DNA of 64,000 nt from the NCBI GenBank assembly GCA_965215265.1, contig OZ244048.1, positions 4,128,001 through 4,192,000 of the forward strand. The letters are read 5' to 3'. Within the stretch, counting starts at the first letter, position 1. Every line of letters starts with the position of its first letter. Made by a program: the position numbers and the translations under genes. The DNA comes from Candidatus Poribacteria bacterium. GTDB lineage: Bacteria; Poribacteria; WGA-4E; WGA-3G. Below the pieces are notes generated by a model. The model had not been told where the DNA came from, ran no database searches, and was given only the letters and a program-made list of their open reading frames with translations. This document shows, piece by piece, positions 1 through 9,772 of this stretch.

Positions 1-17
1 TTACCGGATGGAACACG

Positions 18-809
18 TTGATAGCATCGGCACAAACACAGAGCCACGGACATTTCGCAGACTTCGGCGGTACTGTCTCCACTCATCCCGAATTGTGGCT
101 CCGCTTGACAAGACTTGTTGAGAGCATCTGGGCAGATGGATTTGGACTCTACTGGCAAAACCGGCACCCTATTACCGCCTGCACGGCTATCATCTTAATC
201 GGAATTATTGCAGCCAATTGGCAAACATGGACTACAGAAAATCTTTCTAGACACAACTCTCCATCTCTGAATCTAGCTTTTATCGGATGTGTTGTCTATC
301 TCGGATGGATATTTCTAGCCCAGAACGTTATCCATAAGAGCCGACATATTTTACCGTTGTTGCCGTTTCTAAGCTTAGGCATTGCATTCGCCTGCAACCA
401 AATCATAAGATTCCAGACTCGACTTCGATATCCGGTTTCCTGGGGTGTTGTTATCATCTTTTTTCTCTGTTATAGTTATGTCACGCTACATACTGTTGCT
501 CAACACAAAAAACCGACAGCGATTGCGCAAGTACATGAATATCTGCGCGACAAACAGGATGAACAGGGTGATAAACTGCATATTGTATGCGTGCCGTTGA
601 TTAAATACTATTTGGCTTCACAAGCAATAGATGCAATCTATATGCCGATTAAAAGTGAGGCAGACCTCGCCCAACTTGATGAATTGGAGACTGAGTTTAT
701 TGTTATCGGGAGCCCGCTGCCAAATCAAGTACCTAAAGTGAAAAAGACGTTCTACCACAACCCGTATGTCAATCGGATGTGGCCCGAATTGCCCTTATTT
801 GAGTACTAA
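18..809 (+). CDS. Membrane protein, C-terminal part (ArnT/PMT-like GT-C glycosyltransferase fold); probably begins before the window
   Basis: Several hydrophobic helices and an 'RHILPLLPFL' motif typical of GT-C membrane proteins; no good RBS at 18. Confidence 0.55.
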   Translation: MIASAQTQSHGHFADFGGTVSTHPELWLRLTRLVESIWADGFGLYWQNRHPITACTAIILIGIIAANWQTWTTENLSRHNSPSLNLAFIGCVVYLGWIFLAQNVIHKSRHILPLLPFLSLGIAFACNQIIRFQTRLRYPVSWGVVIIFFLCYSYVTLHTVAQHKKPTAIAQVHEYLRDKQDEQGDKLHIVCVPLIKYYLASQAIDAIYMPIKSEADLAQLDELETEFIVIGSPLPNQVPKVKKTFYHNPYVNRMWPELPLFEY

Positions 810-829
810 ATCTGTAAGTACAAAACGCA

Positions 830-2236
830 ATGGATAACTCTACTATTTATATTCTCGGCGGCGGCCCTGCTGGGCTGACGACCGGATACTACGCAAAGAA
901 AAACGGTTTCCGTAATTTCACTATTTTTGAAGCAGGTGAACACACCGGAGGAAACTGTCGTACGCTCAAAATCAAAGGGACAGATTGCAGGTCTAGCATT
1001 CTGCAAAAAGGTGATTTCCGATTCGACACCGGGGCGCACCGCTTCCATGACAAAAATTTACAAGTTACCGAAGAGGTAAAAAAACTCCTTGGCGATGATT
1101 TGTTACGGGTTGAAGCACCGAGCAAAATTTTTTTTGAAGGTAAATTCTACCGGTTCCCACTCCTGCTGAGCGACCTGCTCCAAAAACTGGAACCGGAGAG
1201 CTTACTAAGGATTGTATGGGAGAAACTACTTAACGCTAGCGGGCATCAGAAAAAAGCAGAAAACTTTGCCGAGTTTGCTATCAACCAGTACGGAAAAACG
1301 TTGTCGGAACGGTTCCTACTAAACTATTCTGAAAAACTGTGGGGCCAACAACCACATAAACTCTCTATCGCTGTCGCAGGTAATAGACTTAAAGGACTCG
1401 ATCTGGGCAGTTTCCTCCGTTCGATGCTATTAGGAACACCGAAAAATCCGAGCCACTTGGACGGATCTTTCTTTTATCCAAAACACGGCATCGGCATGAT
1501 TAGCGATAAGTTGTCCGAATTTATCGGGGCTGAGCATATCAAGTTGAAACACCGAATCAACCGATTAATCCATAAGGGACAGAGGATCGAGCGTATTATC
1601 ATAAACAGAGGCACGGGGCCACCGAATCCTTCCGCAGTGCAGGACAATATTGAGATACCTGTCTCCACAGTGATTAATACATTACCGCTGTCCCTTTCAA
1701 TACGGATGTTAGAACCGCCAGCACCACCACATCTCTGTGCTATTGCAGATAGAATTAAATACCGACACCTTGTGCTCTGTGTATTCTGTTTGAACCGCGA
1801 CGCTTTTTCGGAGAACGCTTCAATCTATTTTCCAAGTGAGGAATTTCCGTTTACGCGTTTGTACGAACCCAAAAACCGAAGCCCGCGGATGGCACCCAAA
1901 GGACAGACAGTCATCGTGTTAGAACTGCCCTGCTACAGCGATGATACCGTATGGAGTCTGCCAGAAGCATTATTACAAACCGAGGTTTGGGAAGCATTAC
2001 AGCGCGTCCAACCAATATCACAACTGGAGGTTCTCCATTATCAAACCTATAGGCTGCCCTTCGCCTATCCTGTCATTGAGGTGGGGTTTGAAGATAATGT
2101 CGCACGCCTTGTTACTTACTTTGAAACATTCGAGAATCTGTATCTGACTGGGAGGAATTCTCTGTTCCGCTATCTGCACCTGCATGACTTATTTAAAGCC
2201 GGAAAGGACGTGGTTGAACGGATTGCAAACACTTAA
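830..2236 (+). CDS. FAD-dependent oxidoreductase (protoporphyrinogen oxidase / UDP-galactopyranose mutase-like)
   Basis: N-terminal GGGPAGL dinucleotide motif, FDTGAHRF, C-terminal GRNSLFRY. Confidence 0.8.
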   Translation: MDNSTIYILGGGPAGLTTGYYAKKNGFRNFTIFEAGEHTGGNCRTLKIKGTDCRSSILQKGDFRFDTGAHRFHDKNLQVTEEVKKLLGDDLLRVEAPSKIFFEGKFYRFPLLLSDLLQKLEPESLLRIVWEKLLNASGHQKKAENFAEFAINQYGKTLSERFLLNYSEKLWGQQPHKLSIAVAGNRLKGLDLGSFLRSMLLGTPKNPSHLDGSFFYPKHGIGMISDKLSEFIGAEHIKLKHRINRLIHKGQRIERIIINRGTGPPNPSAVQDNIEIPVSTVINTLPLSLSIRMLEPPAPPHLCAIADRIKYRHLVLCVFCLNRDAFSENASIYFPSEEFPFTRLYEPKNRSPRMAPKGQTVIVLELPCYSDDTVWSLPEALLQTEVWEALQRVQPISQLEVLHYQTYRLPFAYPVIEVGFEDNVARLVTYFETFENLYLTGRNSLFRYLHLHDLFKAGKDVVERIANT

Positions 2237-2288
2237 AATTGTATCCGCACACCGAAAGCTGTTCGCTAAACTATAATAATTGGTACTC

Positions 2289-2317
2289 TTGACAATAAAA
2301 CTCAAAATTTGTATAAT
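2289..2317 (+). promoter_or_regulatory. Sigma70 promoter
   Basis: TTGACA-17bp-TATAAT, perfect consensus. Confidence 0.7.
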
Positions 2318-2400
2318 GCAACGCATATTGTGAGTCCTTGATGGCAAAGCGGATATGTCAAATTGCAAGTAGAATGCAAGGTGCAGGAGGAAAAGAATGG

Positions 2401-3030
2401 ATGGTGGCTGTATCAGAAAAGAGAGTCGTACAGAAAGTTCGTGGATATTTCGAGAATCTCAAGACTTCTGTCTTATCTGATTCTCGCTCTTATTCAATCA
2501 AGACAGAATACCCTATTCAGATGGGCAGTGACAATCGAAGAGCTGATGTTGTTCTTAAACAAGACTTAGTTTGGTTCTCCCAACTTTCAGGAGAGACGGA
2601 AATAGTTATTGCTGAGCGTAAAAGAGAAGGAACAACAAATAACGGTATTGAACAGTTACAATCTTACCTCTGTGCAACAGATACGCGTTTTGGTATATTT
2701 GCTAATAGTCTATACCCTACTAGATGGAAATATTATGAAAATTATGGACGCAACCATTTTGAAGCTATTACCCACGGAGACTTTGAAAAGAAAATCGTTA
2801 GTGAAGAAAACGACAAGGTACGCAAGCAGGAGGAAATAGAAGATCGGATTAATAAAGCAATAGAAATCCGGGAACGAGAACTCAGGGCTGAATATGAAAA
2901 GAAAGAGAATCAGCTAAAAAATGAATATACAATGAAAGAAATTACGCTACAGAATCAGCTAGAAGCAGAAAAAAAAGAGAGAAAAGTGGATTTTGGGTCG
3001 GTTTCTGCATTGGTATCATTATATGTATAA
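2401..3030 (+). CDS. Type I restriction HsdR N-terminal-like PD-(D/E)xK nuclease domain plus coiled coil
   Basis: EYPIQMGS..RADVV..AERK..EQLQSYL..FGIFAN pattern; AGGAGG upstream of ATG 2401. Confidence 0.7.
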   Translation: MVAVSEKRVVQKVRGYFENLKTSVLSDSRSYSIKTEYPIQMGSDNRRADVVLKQDLVWFSQLSGETEIVIAERKREGTTNNGIEQLQSYLCATDTRFGIFANSLYPTRWKYYENYGRNHFEAITHGDFEKKIVSEENDKVRKQEEIEDRINKAIEIRERELRAEYEKKENQLKNEYTMKEITLQNQLEAEKKERKVDFGSVSALVSLYV

Positions 3031-3154
3031 TAATAGCCGTGTGGGCATCGGCATAAGAAACATAAACTTTTATTTAGAATAGAACTCGGATAACTCTGAA
3101 TGCACGCGTGAAAACCAAAAATGAATAATAAATTGGGAAACCGATCAAAAAAAT

Positions 3155-3184
3155 TTGACATCAGTTTATAGAATATCGTATAAT
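3155..3184 (+). promoter_or_regulatory. Sigma70 promoter of the heme-uptake operon
   Basis: TTGACA-18bp-TATAAT. Confidence 0.55.
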
Positions 3185-3227
3185 ATATACAGTTGATTCA
3201 AAAACTGTCTGAATCCCTATCTAAATA

Positions 3228-3246
3228 GATAATGAGTCTCATTTTC
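3228..3246 (+). promoter_or_regulatory. Fur box 1
   Basis: GATAATGAGTCTCATTTTC, 15/19 match to GATAATGATAATCATTATC, upstream of heme genes. Confidence 0.7.
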
Positions 3247-3397
3247 ATTTTGTAGAGCGGGGTATTCGGACACTTAACTTCCTCCATGGGAAAGGGAGAT
3301 GCTTGCTGAAGGGGCGGAAAAGCCATATCCGCTGCGGTAAAACATCTTCCGATAGTCGGCGGCGGGGAACAAGATACCCCGCCTTGCCATAGATTTT

Positions 3398-3416
3398 GAT
3401 AATGATTTTCATTTTC
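3398..3416 (+). promoter_or_regulatory. Fur box 2
   Basis: GATAATGATTTTCATTTTC, 16/19 match to the Fur consensus, just before the RBS of 3430. Confidence 0.75.
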
Positions 3417-3429
3417 AACAAGGAAAATT

Positions 3430-3786
3430 ATGATAACAGTTGCAAACCGAATCTATGTTGCGCCTGAATATCGGCAGGCTTTTGAGGAGTGCTTCCGAAA
3501 CCGAGCACGCCTCGTAGATGGGATGCCGGGATTTATCTCAAACCACGTTTTACGTCCTGTCAATGAGGGCGAACCGTACGTTGTGTTTACCCTCTGGGAA
3601 TCACGGAAGGATTTTGACAACTGGGTAGAGTCCGAAGAATTCCAGAAAGGGCACGCGCAATCCGGTACGTTGCCCAAAGAAGCATTCACGCAAACAAATA
3701 AACTTGAACTTCACGAGGTATTTCTTGATTCCACTCGGCCTGAGCTGGAAGAGGAACCACCAGGGAAACCTTTCAAGGTGCATTAG
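3430..3786 (+). CDS. Heme-degrading monooxygenase, IsdG/HmoA-like (ABM family)
   Basis: NRI..FEE.FRNR..MPGF..WES..F..W..SEEF..GH pattern; first gene of the heme operon. Confidence 0.8.
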   Translation: MITVANRIYVAPEYRQAFEECFRNRARLVDGMPGFISNHVLRPVNEGEPYVVFTLWESRKDFDNWVESEEFQKGHAQSGTLPKEAFTQTNKLELHEVFLDSTRPELEEEPPGKPFKVH

Positions 3787-4093
3787 AAAAGTGCAGAAAA
3801 AGCGACGCTAGAAACAAGGTATGCTCCCAATTGCCAATTATTAGCGATTACCTCTGTTTCTAATGGAATCAAACAGAAGCAGCGATTTGCATTCAGACTT
3901 TCCGTTTGATGTGTTTCGGACTTTTGGCGTTCGTCTATTACAACGTACTGCGTCCCGCGCCTTTTCTGCATAAATTAGGATACCCTATTGCACCCGCAAT
4001 TGTCAAGGAAATTTCGTCTGTAGTCGTGGTAAGGCTAGTATTATGAGAGTGAAGTCCCCGCTTTTTGGGGCAATGGAAAACAGAGTGAATCAG

Positions 4094-4801
4094 ATGCGAA
4101 AAACGACAACTTCAACACCTCAAGCAGATGGGTATGAACGAAGGGTTCGCCGGCGTTCACCCTACTTATTCCTTCCATTCGCTTGGAGCAGAGGGGCCTT
4201 TCTCAAATGGCTTCGCCGAACGCACGCTTGGCTTGGACTCTGGGGAGCTACTTTGGGGATACTATTCGGCGTTACTGGGATTTTGCTTAACCATCGGAGT
4301 GTCATGAAAATTAACGCTGCCAAAACTGAGCAGACAAAAACGGAACTGCCCCTTCCTGAACCGAAGCCTAAGAACATTGAAACGTTCGCAATGTGGCTAC
4401 AAACTGAACTTGAGCTCGAAAAAAAGTGGAGCCGCATACGTTCACAGAGCCCCCGAGAAATCAGTTGGGACGGAAAATCAGTCACACAACCGGAAAGATG
4501 GAGTGTCAGTTTTAGCAATCCGCAGCGCAGCTACAGCGCGCAATACTGGGTCGGTAATGCTTATGTGACTCTCACTCGGTTTGACAGGAATGCGTTTGCC
4601 TTTCTTAATCGCTTACACATGGCGAGCGGCATGGGGGCTGCTTGGATACTTCTCGCAGATTCAATTGCCGGTAGTTTTATCGTCCTCTCTCTCACAGGTA
4701 TATTGCTCTGGACACGGTTACACGGGCCACGCCTTCTCGCCGCAGGGCTGGGTTTGGGTTCCTTGATGCTCGCGCTCTGGTTTATTTGGCGTGTAATGTA
4801 A
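4094..4801 (+). CDS. PepSY-associated TM helix protein (iron-regulated membrane protein); start uncertain (4043/4073/4094)
   Basis: LRRTHAWLGL, TGILLNH, LNRLH and LTGILLW motifs. Confidence 0.8.
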   Translation: MRKTTTSTPQADGYERRVRRRSPYLFLPFAWSRGAFLKWLRRTHAWLGLWGATLGILFGVTGILLNHRSVMKINAAKTEQTKTELPLPEPKPKNIETFAMWLQTELELEKKWSRIRSQSPREISWDGKSVTQPERWSVSFSNPQRSYSAQYWVGNAYVTLTRFDRNAFAFLNRLHMASGMGAAWILLADSIAGSFIVLSLTGILLWTRLHGPRLLAAGLGLGSLMLALWFIWRVM

Positions 4802-4836
4802 TCTATTGCGGCGTGACAAAGGAGAATGTTAACTTT

Positions 4837-6834
4837 ATGAATTTCAGACTTGACTTTCTAGTATGGACGTGCAGACCGCACACAACACGGTTTTTACTCA
4901 TATTGTTTGCGTGCGTTTGGTTAACAACACAAGCAATCGCAGAAGACCTACATGAAACTTCTCAAACGGAAGCAGATGTTAAACTTGATCCGGTTGTGGT
5001 AACCGCCACAAAGACCCGCCAATCTCTAAAAGATAGCCCGGTTCTCACACATCTCATTACGCGAGCGGAAATTGAAGCAACCGGAGCAGAAAATCTTGGA
5101 GAAGTCCTTGAAAATCAGGCCGGTATCATCGTTCATCGAGATGGCCATGGGGACGGCATACAAATTCAAGGCCTCGACTCTGAATATGTACTCATCCTCG
5201 TGGATAGCGAGCCGCAAATTGGACGCATTGCCGGCAAACTTGATCTGGCTCGAATCGCCGTTGAAAATGTTGAACGCATTGAGATTGTCAAAGGCGCATC
5301 TGCCTCCCTATTTGGGAATTCCGCATTAGGCGGCGTGGTTAACGTTATTACTCGTAAAGCAATCGCTCCGTTTTCACTACAAATATCCCAAAATGTTGAG
5401 CAAAACAGAACGTTTGATAGCAGGGGCACCATCGCCCTAAACGGAGACAGCATCAATACGCTTTTCACACTTAGCAGCAATCGGAGAAACCCCATTGATT
5501 TGGATACATCCAACCTCGATACCACTATTGATGGTTACACCAATTGGACAGGTTCTGCCCGGACCGCATATCAATTGACTCAGCAGACAACCGCAGTTTT
5601 TTCCGGACAATACTTGATGCAAACGCAAGAGGGAATCAGCGTAAACGATTCTATAGCGTTCGACCGGCTCGGAGACATCCAAAACTTCAGTGGAAGCCTT
5701 CGGGTAGAGCATCAATTCAAGAAATCGCGACCCTCTCGCGTAGAACCGCAGTTTACACCCCTTAAATTGATCGGTAAACTTTACGCCACACGCTATGACG
5801 ATGAATCCACCGTCCTTGAAAGAGAGAACAACGTCATAACCTCTCAAAACCTGAATGTCCAAGATTTGCTAAAGGGCGGAATTCAGTTTGACACCGTCCT
5901 TTGGAAGAACCATCAGTTGAGTTTAGGAGGCGAATTAATCTTTGAAAACCTACAATCCCAGCGGATTATAGGCGGTGAAAGCAGCCTTTTCACCAATTCA
6001 TTTTTTATTCAGAATGAATTTCGACCTATTCCAGCCTTTGCTTTGGTTGTAGGCGGACGTTCGGACACCCATTCAGAATTTGGAACCCATTTCAGTCCAA
6101 AGTTAAGCTCAATGTACCGCGTAACAAACGATTTGAGAATCCGCGCTTCGTATGGACAAGGATTTCGAGCACCTGATTTCAAAGATCTTTATCTCGATTT
6201 TACGAACGTTACTTCCGGTTATCAGGTTTTAGGAAATCCTGAGCTACAGCCCGAATCTTCACATAATTCGAATATCGGATTGGAATATCGGGTATCCGAT
6301 CAATTAAACGGTAGCATCCAATTATATCGCAATGACCTAACCGATCTGATTGAGGCAGAACGAGTCGGCACAAGCACAGCAGGGGGCAGCAAATTCCAAT
6401 ACAAAAATATAAGTGAAGCTTTCACGGAAGGATTTGATGCTGAAATCGTTATAGGAGCACCCGGCGGGTTCTCCGGGGCGATAGGTTATGCTTATTTGAG
6501 GGGCGAAGATAAAGCGACCGGCTTACCCCTCTTGAATCGTTCTACACACAGCGGAACCCTCAAATTGGCGTACCTACATGTCAAAAGTGATTTCCAAGTG
6601 GATTTGCACGGACGGTATGCCAGTCAATGGGGCTTCTTTGACGACGGAGACAACGTTTTAGAACCTGAGGAATTCGCACCGAGTTACTGGATATGGAACG
6701 TCCGCACATCAAAGAGGCTTTTCAAATCAATTAAAGCCTCTATCGGATGTAATAACATTTTCGATTTCAAGATTCCGACATTTTATACCTTTGTTGGCAG
6801 ATCGTTTTATGGCGGGCTCTCTTTAGGATACTAA
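4837..6834 (+). CDS. TonB-dependent outer-membrane (heme) receptor
   Basis: VVVTATKT TonB-box region, plug ERIEIVKGASASLFG..GGVVNVIT, FRAP and NPEL motifs, terminal Tyr; AAGGAG RBS. Confidence 0.9.
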   Translation: MNFRLDFLVWTCRPHTTRFLLILFACVWLTTQAIAEDLHETSQTEADVKLDPVVVTATKTRQSLKDSPVLTHLITRAEIEATGAENLGEVLENQAGIIVHRDGHGDGIQIQGLDSEYVLILVDSEPQIGRIAGKLDLARIAVENVERIEIVKGASASLFGNSALGGVVNVITRKAIAPFSLQISQNVEQNRTFDSRGTIALNGDSINTLFTLSSNRRNPIDLDTSNLDTTIDGYTNWTGSARTAYQLTQQTTAVFSGQYLMQTQEGISVNDSIAFDRLGDIQNFSGSLRVEHQFKKSRPSRVEPQFTPLKLIGKLYATRYDDESTVLERENNVITSQNLNVQDLLKGGIQFDTVLWKNHQLSLGGELIFENLQSQRIIGGESSLFTNSFFIQNEFRPIPAFALVVGGRSDTHSEFGTHFSPKLSSMYRVTNDLRIRASYGQGFRAPDFKDLYLDFTNVTSGYQVLGNPELQPESSHNSNIGLEYRVSDQLNGSIQLYRNDLTDLIEAERVGTSTAGGSKFQYKNISEAFTEGFDAEIVIGAPGGFSGAIGYAYLRGEDKATGLPLLNRSTHSGTLKLAYLHVKSDFQVDLHGRYASQWGFFDDGDNVLEPEEFAPSYWIWNVRTSKRLFKSIKASIGCNNIFDFKIPTFYTFVGRSFYGGLSLGY

Positions 6835-6911
6835 GACAAAACACCTATGAGGCAGATATTATCAGAGTCGTCTCATAGGGCAACTGAGCATACTAAGTAA
6901 GGAGCTATTTA

Positions 6912-7541
6912 ATGAAAAGACTCATGTTTTTCACAACTTCACTGATTATTTTCTCCTTCAGTTGTGTGATACTGAACACGCATGCTGAAATTCATCAAAA
7001 CACCTTGACGATTGATGCAACCGATAGAGACAATTGGGTTTTTGTCAATCTATTAGCGAACGAGACCGTGGAGATCGACGAGCCCAAAACCTCAATGAAG
7101 TGGGATCTCGGTTTCAAGCGTACCGAAGTCATCGTCAATGGAGGCACGAGTGGCCCAGGAGAGGGCAGTGCTCTCGCATTGAAGGACATTGCATTCGAAG
7201 AAATCCACGAGGCACCAGAGGAAGACTACGTTTCGGATACCGAGCAAATCGCAACGATTGCGCGGGACGACGGTTGGTACACCTACACTGGGCCACCGAA
7301 TCACTGGATTTTGCCTAATTCCAAGATCTATATCTTGCAGACTGCCGATGGCAATTTTGCAAAAGTTCGTTTTATCGGATACTACCAGAATAACGAAACC
7401 AAAGACGGGGCGGCACACATCAGCATAGAGTACACTTTACAGGACGATGGAAGCCGCAGCTTTGATGGTGCTCAACCCACGAGCATCGATGCACGACAGA
7501 AGTTAACCACAACGTGGGCAGAGATTAAAGATTTACAATAG
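6912..7541 (+). CDS. hmuY: HmuY-family hemophore with signal peptide and C-terminal 'KLTTTWxxIK' tail
   Basis: IDAT..WVF, WDLGFKR..NGGTSG.G.G, GWYTY, TADG.FAKV. Confidence 0.8.
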   Translation: MKRLMFFTTSLIIFSFSCVILNTHAEIHQNTLTIDATDRDNWVFVNLLANETVEIDEPKTSMKWDLGFKRTEVIVNGGTSGPGEGSALALKDIAFEEIHEAPEEDYVSDTEQIATIARDDGWYTYTGPPNHWILPNSKIYILQTADGNFAKVRFIGYYQNNETKDGAAHISIEYTLQDDGSRSFDGAQPTSIDARQKLTTTWAEIKDLQ

Positions 7542-7641
7542 TTTATTTATCGTTTATTTCCTATCTTGTTTGCATCCTTACAAAGCAAGCAGACAAGGTA
7601 TTTCAATACAGTTTTCGCACGGAAACTTAAAGGAGTTAAAA

Positions 7642-7872
7642 ATGGCTTGCAAATCCGAATTTTTATCACAACGCAACGTCTGTGCTATCTATCAATGCTT
7701 TGATGGACACCTTCATTTCAGATACAGAACCTTGGATATCATCATGGATACTGAAGATTTTTATCAAGTCGCGGAAGTGTTTACCGAAGCGTTGCGAATT
7801 TTACAGAAGGCTAAAGAACCAGTGATTGAGGAAATTGATTTGAAAAAAATGGATGTGTCAATAAAGGTTTAG
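7642..7872 (+). CDS. Small Cys/His-containing hypothetical protein within the heme operon
   Basis: AAGGAG RBS; 76 aa; C..C-x4-C-x3-HxH. Confidence 0.6.
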   Translation: MACKSEFLSQRNVCAIYQCFDGHLHFRYRTLDIIMDTEDFYQVAEVFTEALRILQKAKEPVIEEIDLKKMDVSIKV

Positions 7873-7884
7873 ATATTGTTCGTA

Positions 7885-7919
7885 TACAGGAGCCCCACAA
7901 CCTTTATTGGGCTCCTGTA
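7885..7919. repeat. Hairpin formed from the two termini of the dispersed palindromic repeat family
   Basis: TACAGGAGCCC ... GGGCTCCTGTA perfect 11-bp inverted repeat. Confidence 0.55.
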
Positions 7920-7939
7920 GACAAAAAGGGAGAATTACC

Positions 7940-8623
7940 ATGAAAAAAGTCTGGAATTTCGTCAACCAGCAGCACGTCATTACGTGTCTGTTATGCTTAT
8001 CCATTTTCACGTTTGCCAATTGTAGTTCGACTGAAGATGAGAACCCTCAGCAGCTCCTTCTGGAATCAGAAACCGATGAGGTGACACCACCGTCTACTGT
8101 ATCAACCGATGCAGAAACCGTTAAAGAACCTATTGGATTGGAAGCCGTAACGTTTACAATTGATGCAACGAGTAAAGAGTCGTGGGCGTACTTCTCTTTT
8201 AAAAGCGGCGATGTTGTTGAAGTTGCCGAACCAGAAAATTCAGAAGAGTGGGATATCGGTTTCCAGCGAACTCAAGTCAAACTCAACGGCGGCATTAGCG
8301 GACCCGGCGAAGGCAGTGCAGTTATGCTGACAGAGACAACGTTTGAAGCAGTGACAGAAGCACCAGCAGACGGATACCTGTCGGATACTGCTGACACACT
8401 CGCAATCGTTCCCCAAAGCGACAAAGGTTGGTATATCTATACAGGTCCACCCACACATTGGATTTTACCCTTGGAAGATCGAGTCTTCGTTGTAAAAGCA
8501 GCGGATGGAACGTTCGCCAAGGTCCGTTTTGTCGGGTATTACAAGGATAATCAGAATAAGAAAGACAGCGGCTTCGTGACGTTTGAGTACAGCCATCAAA
8601 CGGACGGAAGTCCTAATTTTTAA
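7940..8623 (+). CDS. hmuY: HmuY-family lipoprotein
   Basis: Lipobox-like FANC; WDIGFQR..NGGISG, GWYIY; paralog of 6912. Confidence 0.8.
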   Translation: MKKVWNFVNQQHVITCLLCLSIFTFANCSSTEDENPQQLLLESETDEVTPPSTVSTDAETVKEPIGLEAVTFTIDATSKESWAYFSFKSGDVVEVAEPENSEEWDIGFQRTQVKLNGGISGPGEGSAVMLTETTFEAVTEAPADGYLSDTADTLAIVPQSDKGWYIYTGPPTHWILPLEDRVFVVKAADGTFAKVRFVGYYKDNQNKKDSGFVTFEYSHQTDGSPNF

Positions 8624-8809
8624 GCACAAAACTCGCCCCATTCCATTTTTAATCAGGACGCTAAAGAACTTTACACTGAATAACTGAACACCGAGTTCAC
8701 GAATCGTTGGGCATGGAGAATGATGACGCATCAGAATCTCCTAACCTTTATAGCAGTCTTCAATCTCATGCCCGACGACTCATTTTACAGATTACAGAAG
8801 GAGTCAAAG

Positions 8810-9772
8810 ATGCAAAGAAAGGCGTTTTTCTTACCATACCAATGGCACAGTGCGGCTCTTTTAGTTCTGCTTGGCACCATTTTCTCTTATGCTGCAGCAG
8901 CAGAACATGTTGAGGTTACCGATGCGAACGGTAAAAACATTATCATTACTTCATCGGAACGCATTGTAAGTCTCAACGGCAGTACCACCGAAATCCTGTT
9001 CGCGCTGGGTGTCGGAGAAAAAGTGGTTGGTTGCGACGCATCTTCCACTTACCCGAAAAATGTGAAAGAGAAACTTCCAAGTGTAGGATATCAGTACGGA
9101 CTCAATGCCGAGGGAATTCTCTCATTGAAACCGACCTTGGTAATTGGGAGAGACGACATCAAACCGCCGCAGGTGATTGAACAACTCCGTATGGCGGGCG
9201 TAACTGTCTTATTGCTTAAGGAGCCCCGGAACTTCGAGGCGGCCAAGCAGCGTTTACTTACTATCGGGAAAGCCGTTCGAGCCGAAAGCAGCACTGAAGA
9301 ACTTCTGGTAACACTAGACGCGGATATAGAGAAATTAGAGACGAAGCTAGCAGAACGGGAAGGGCACCCCAAACAGAAGGCACTGTTTCTCTATTTGCGC
9401 GGAACCCAAACTGCTTTTGTGCTTGGGAAAAACTCCGCACCTGGCGCTATGTTTGAGATTGTCGGTGCTGAAAATGCAGCCGCGCATATCAAAGGCAGCA
9501 AGCCAATGACAGCAGAAGCGATAATTACCGCGCAACCCGATGTATATGTGCTGTTTACCAGGGGATTGGAATCCATTGGGGGCGTTGATGGATTGCTTAA
9601 ATTGCCTGGCTTACTACATACACCCGCAGGCAAAAACAGACGCGTCATCAGCATGAGTGGACAGTATCTATCCGGATTCGGCCCCCGCTGCGGACGAGCC
9701 GCGCTTGATCTATTCCAAGGTATCTATGAAACGGAAGGACATTTCGTCGCAACAGGGGATCAGGAAGATTAA
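8810..9772 (+). CDS. hmuT: Hemin ABC transporter substrate-binding protein
   Basis: RIVSL.GS.TEILFALG, VGY..LNAEGILSLKP, GFGPR; AAGGAG RBS. Confidence 0.85.
   Translation: MQRKAFFLPYQWHSAALLVLLGTIFSYAAAAEHVEVTDANGKNIIITSSERIVSLNGSTTEILFALGVGEKVVGCDASSTYPKNVKEKLPSVGYQYGLNAEGILSLKPTLVIGRDDIKPPQVIEQLRMAGVTVLLLKEPRNFEAAKQRLLTIGKAVRAESSTEELLVTLDADIEKLETKLAEREGHPKQKALFLYLRGTQTAFVLGKNSAPGAMFEIVGAENAAAHIKGSKPMTAEAIITAQPDVYVLFTRGLESIGGVDGLLKLPGLLHTPAGKNRRVISMSGQYLSGFGPRCGRAALDLFQGIYETEGHFVATGDQED

Noticed and set aside
975-1645. Two apparent short in-frame insertions in the FAD oxidoreductase (GTDCRSSILQ and GTGPPNPSAVQ)
   Set aside because: They could be coding-sequence repeat insertions, but no second copy was found in the window and an alignment is needed.
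3250-3390. Cobalamin riboswitch before the TonB receptor operon
   Set aside because: No B12-box consensus; Fur boxes and heme genes point to iron control.
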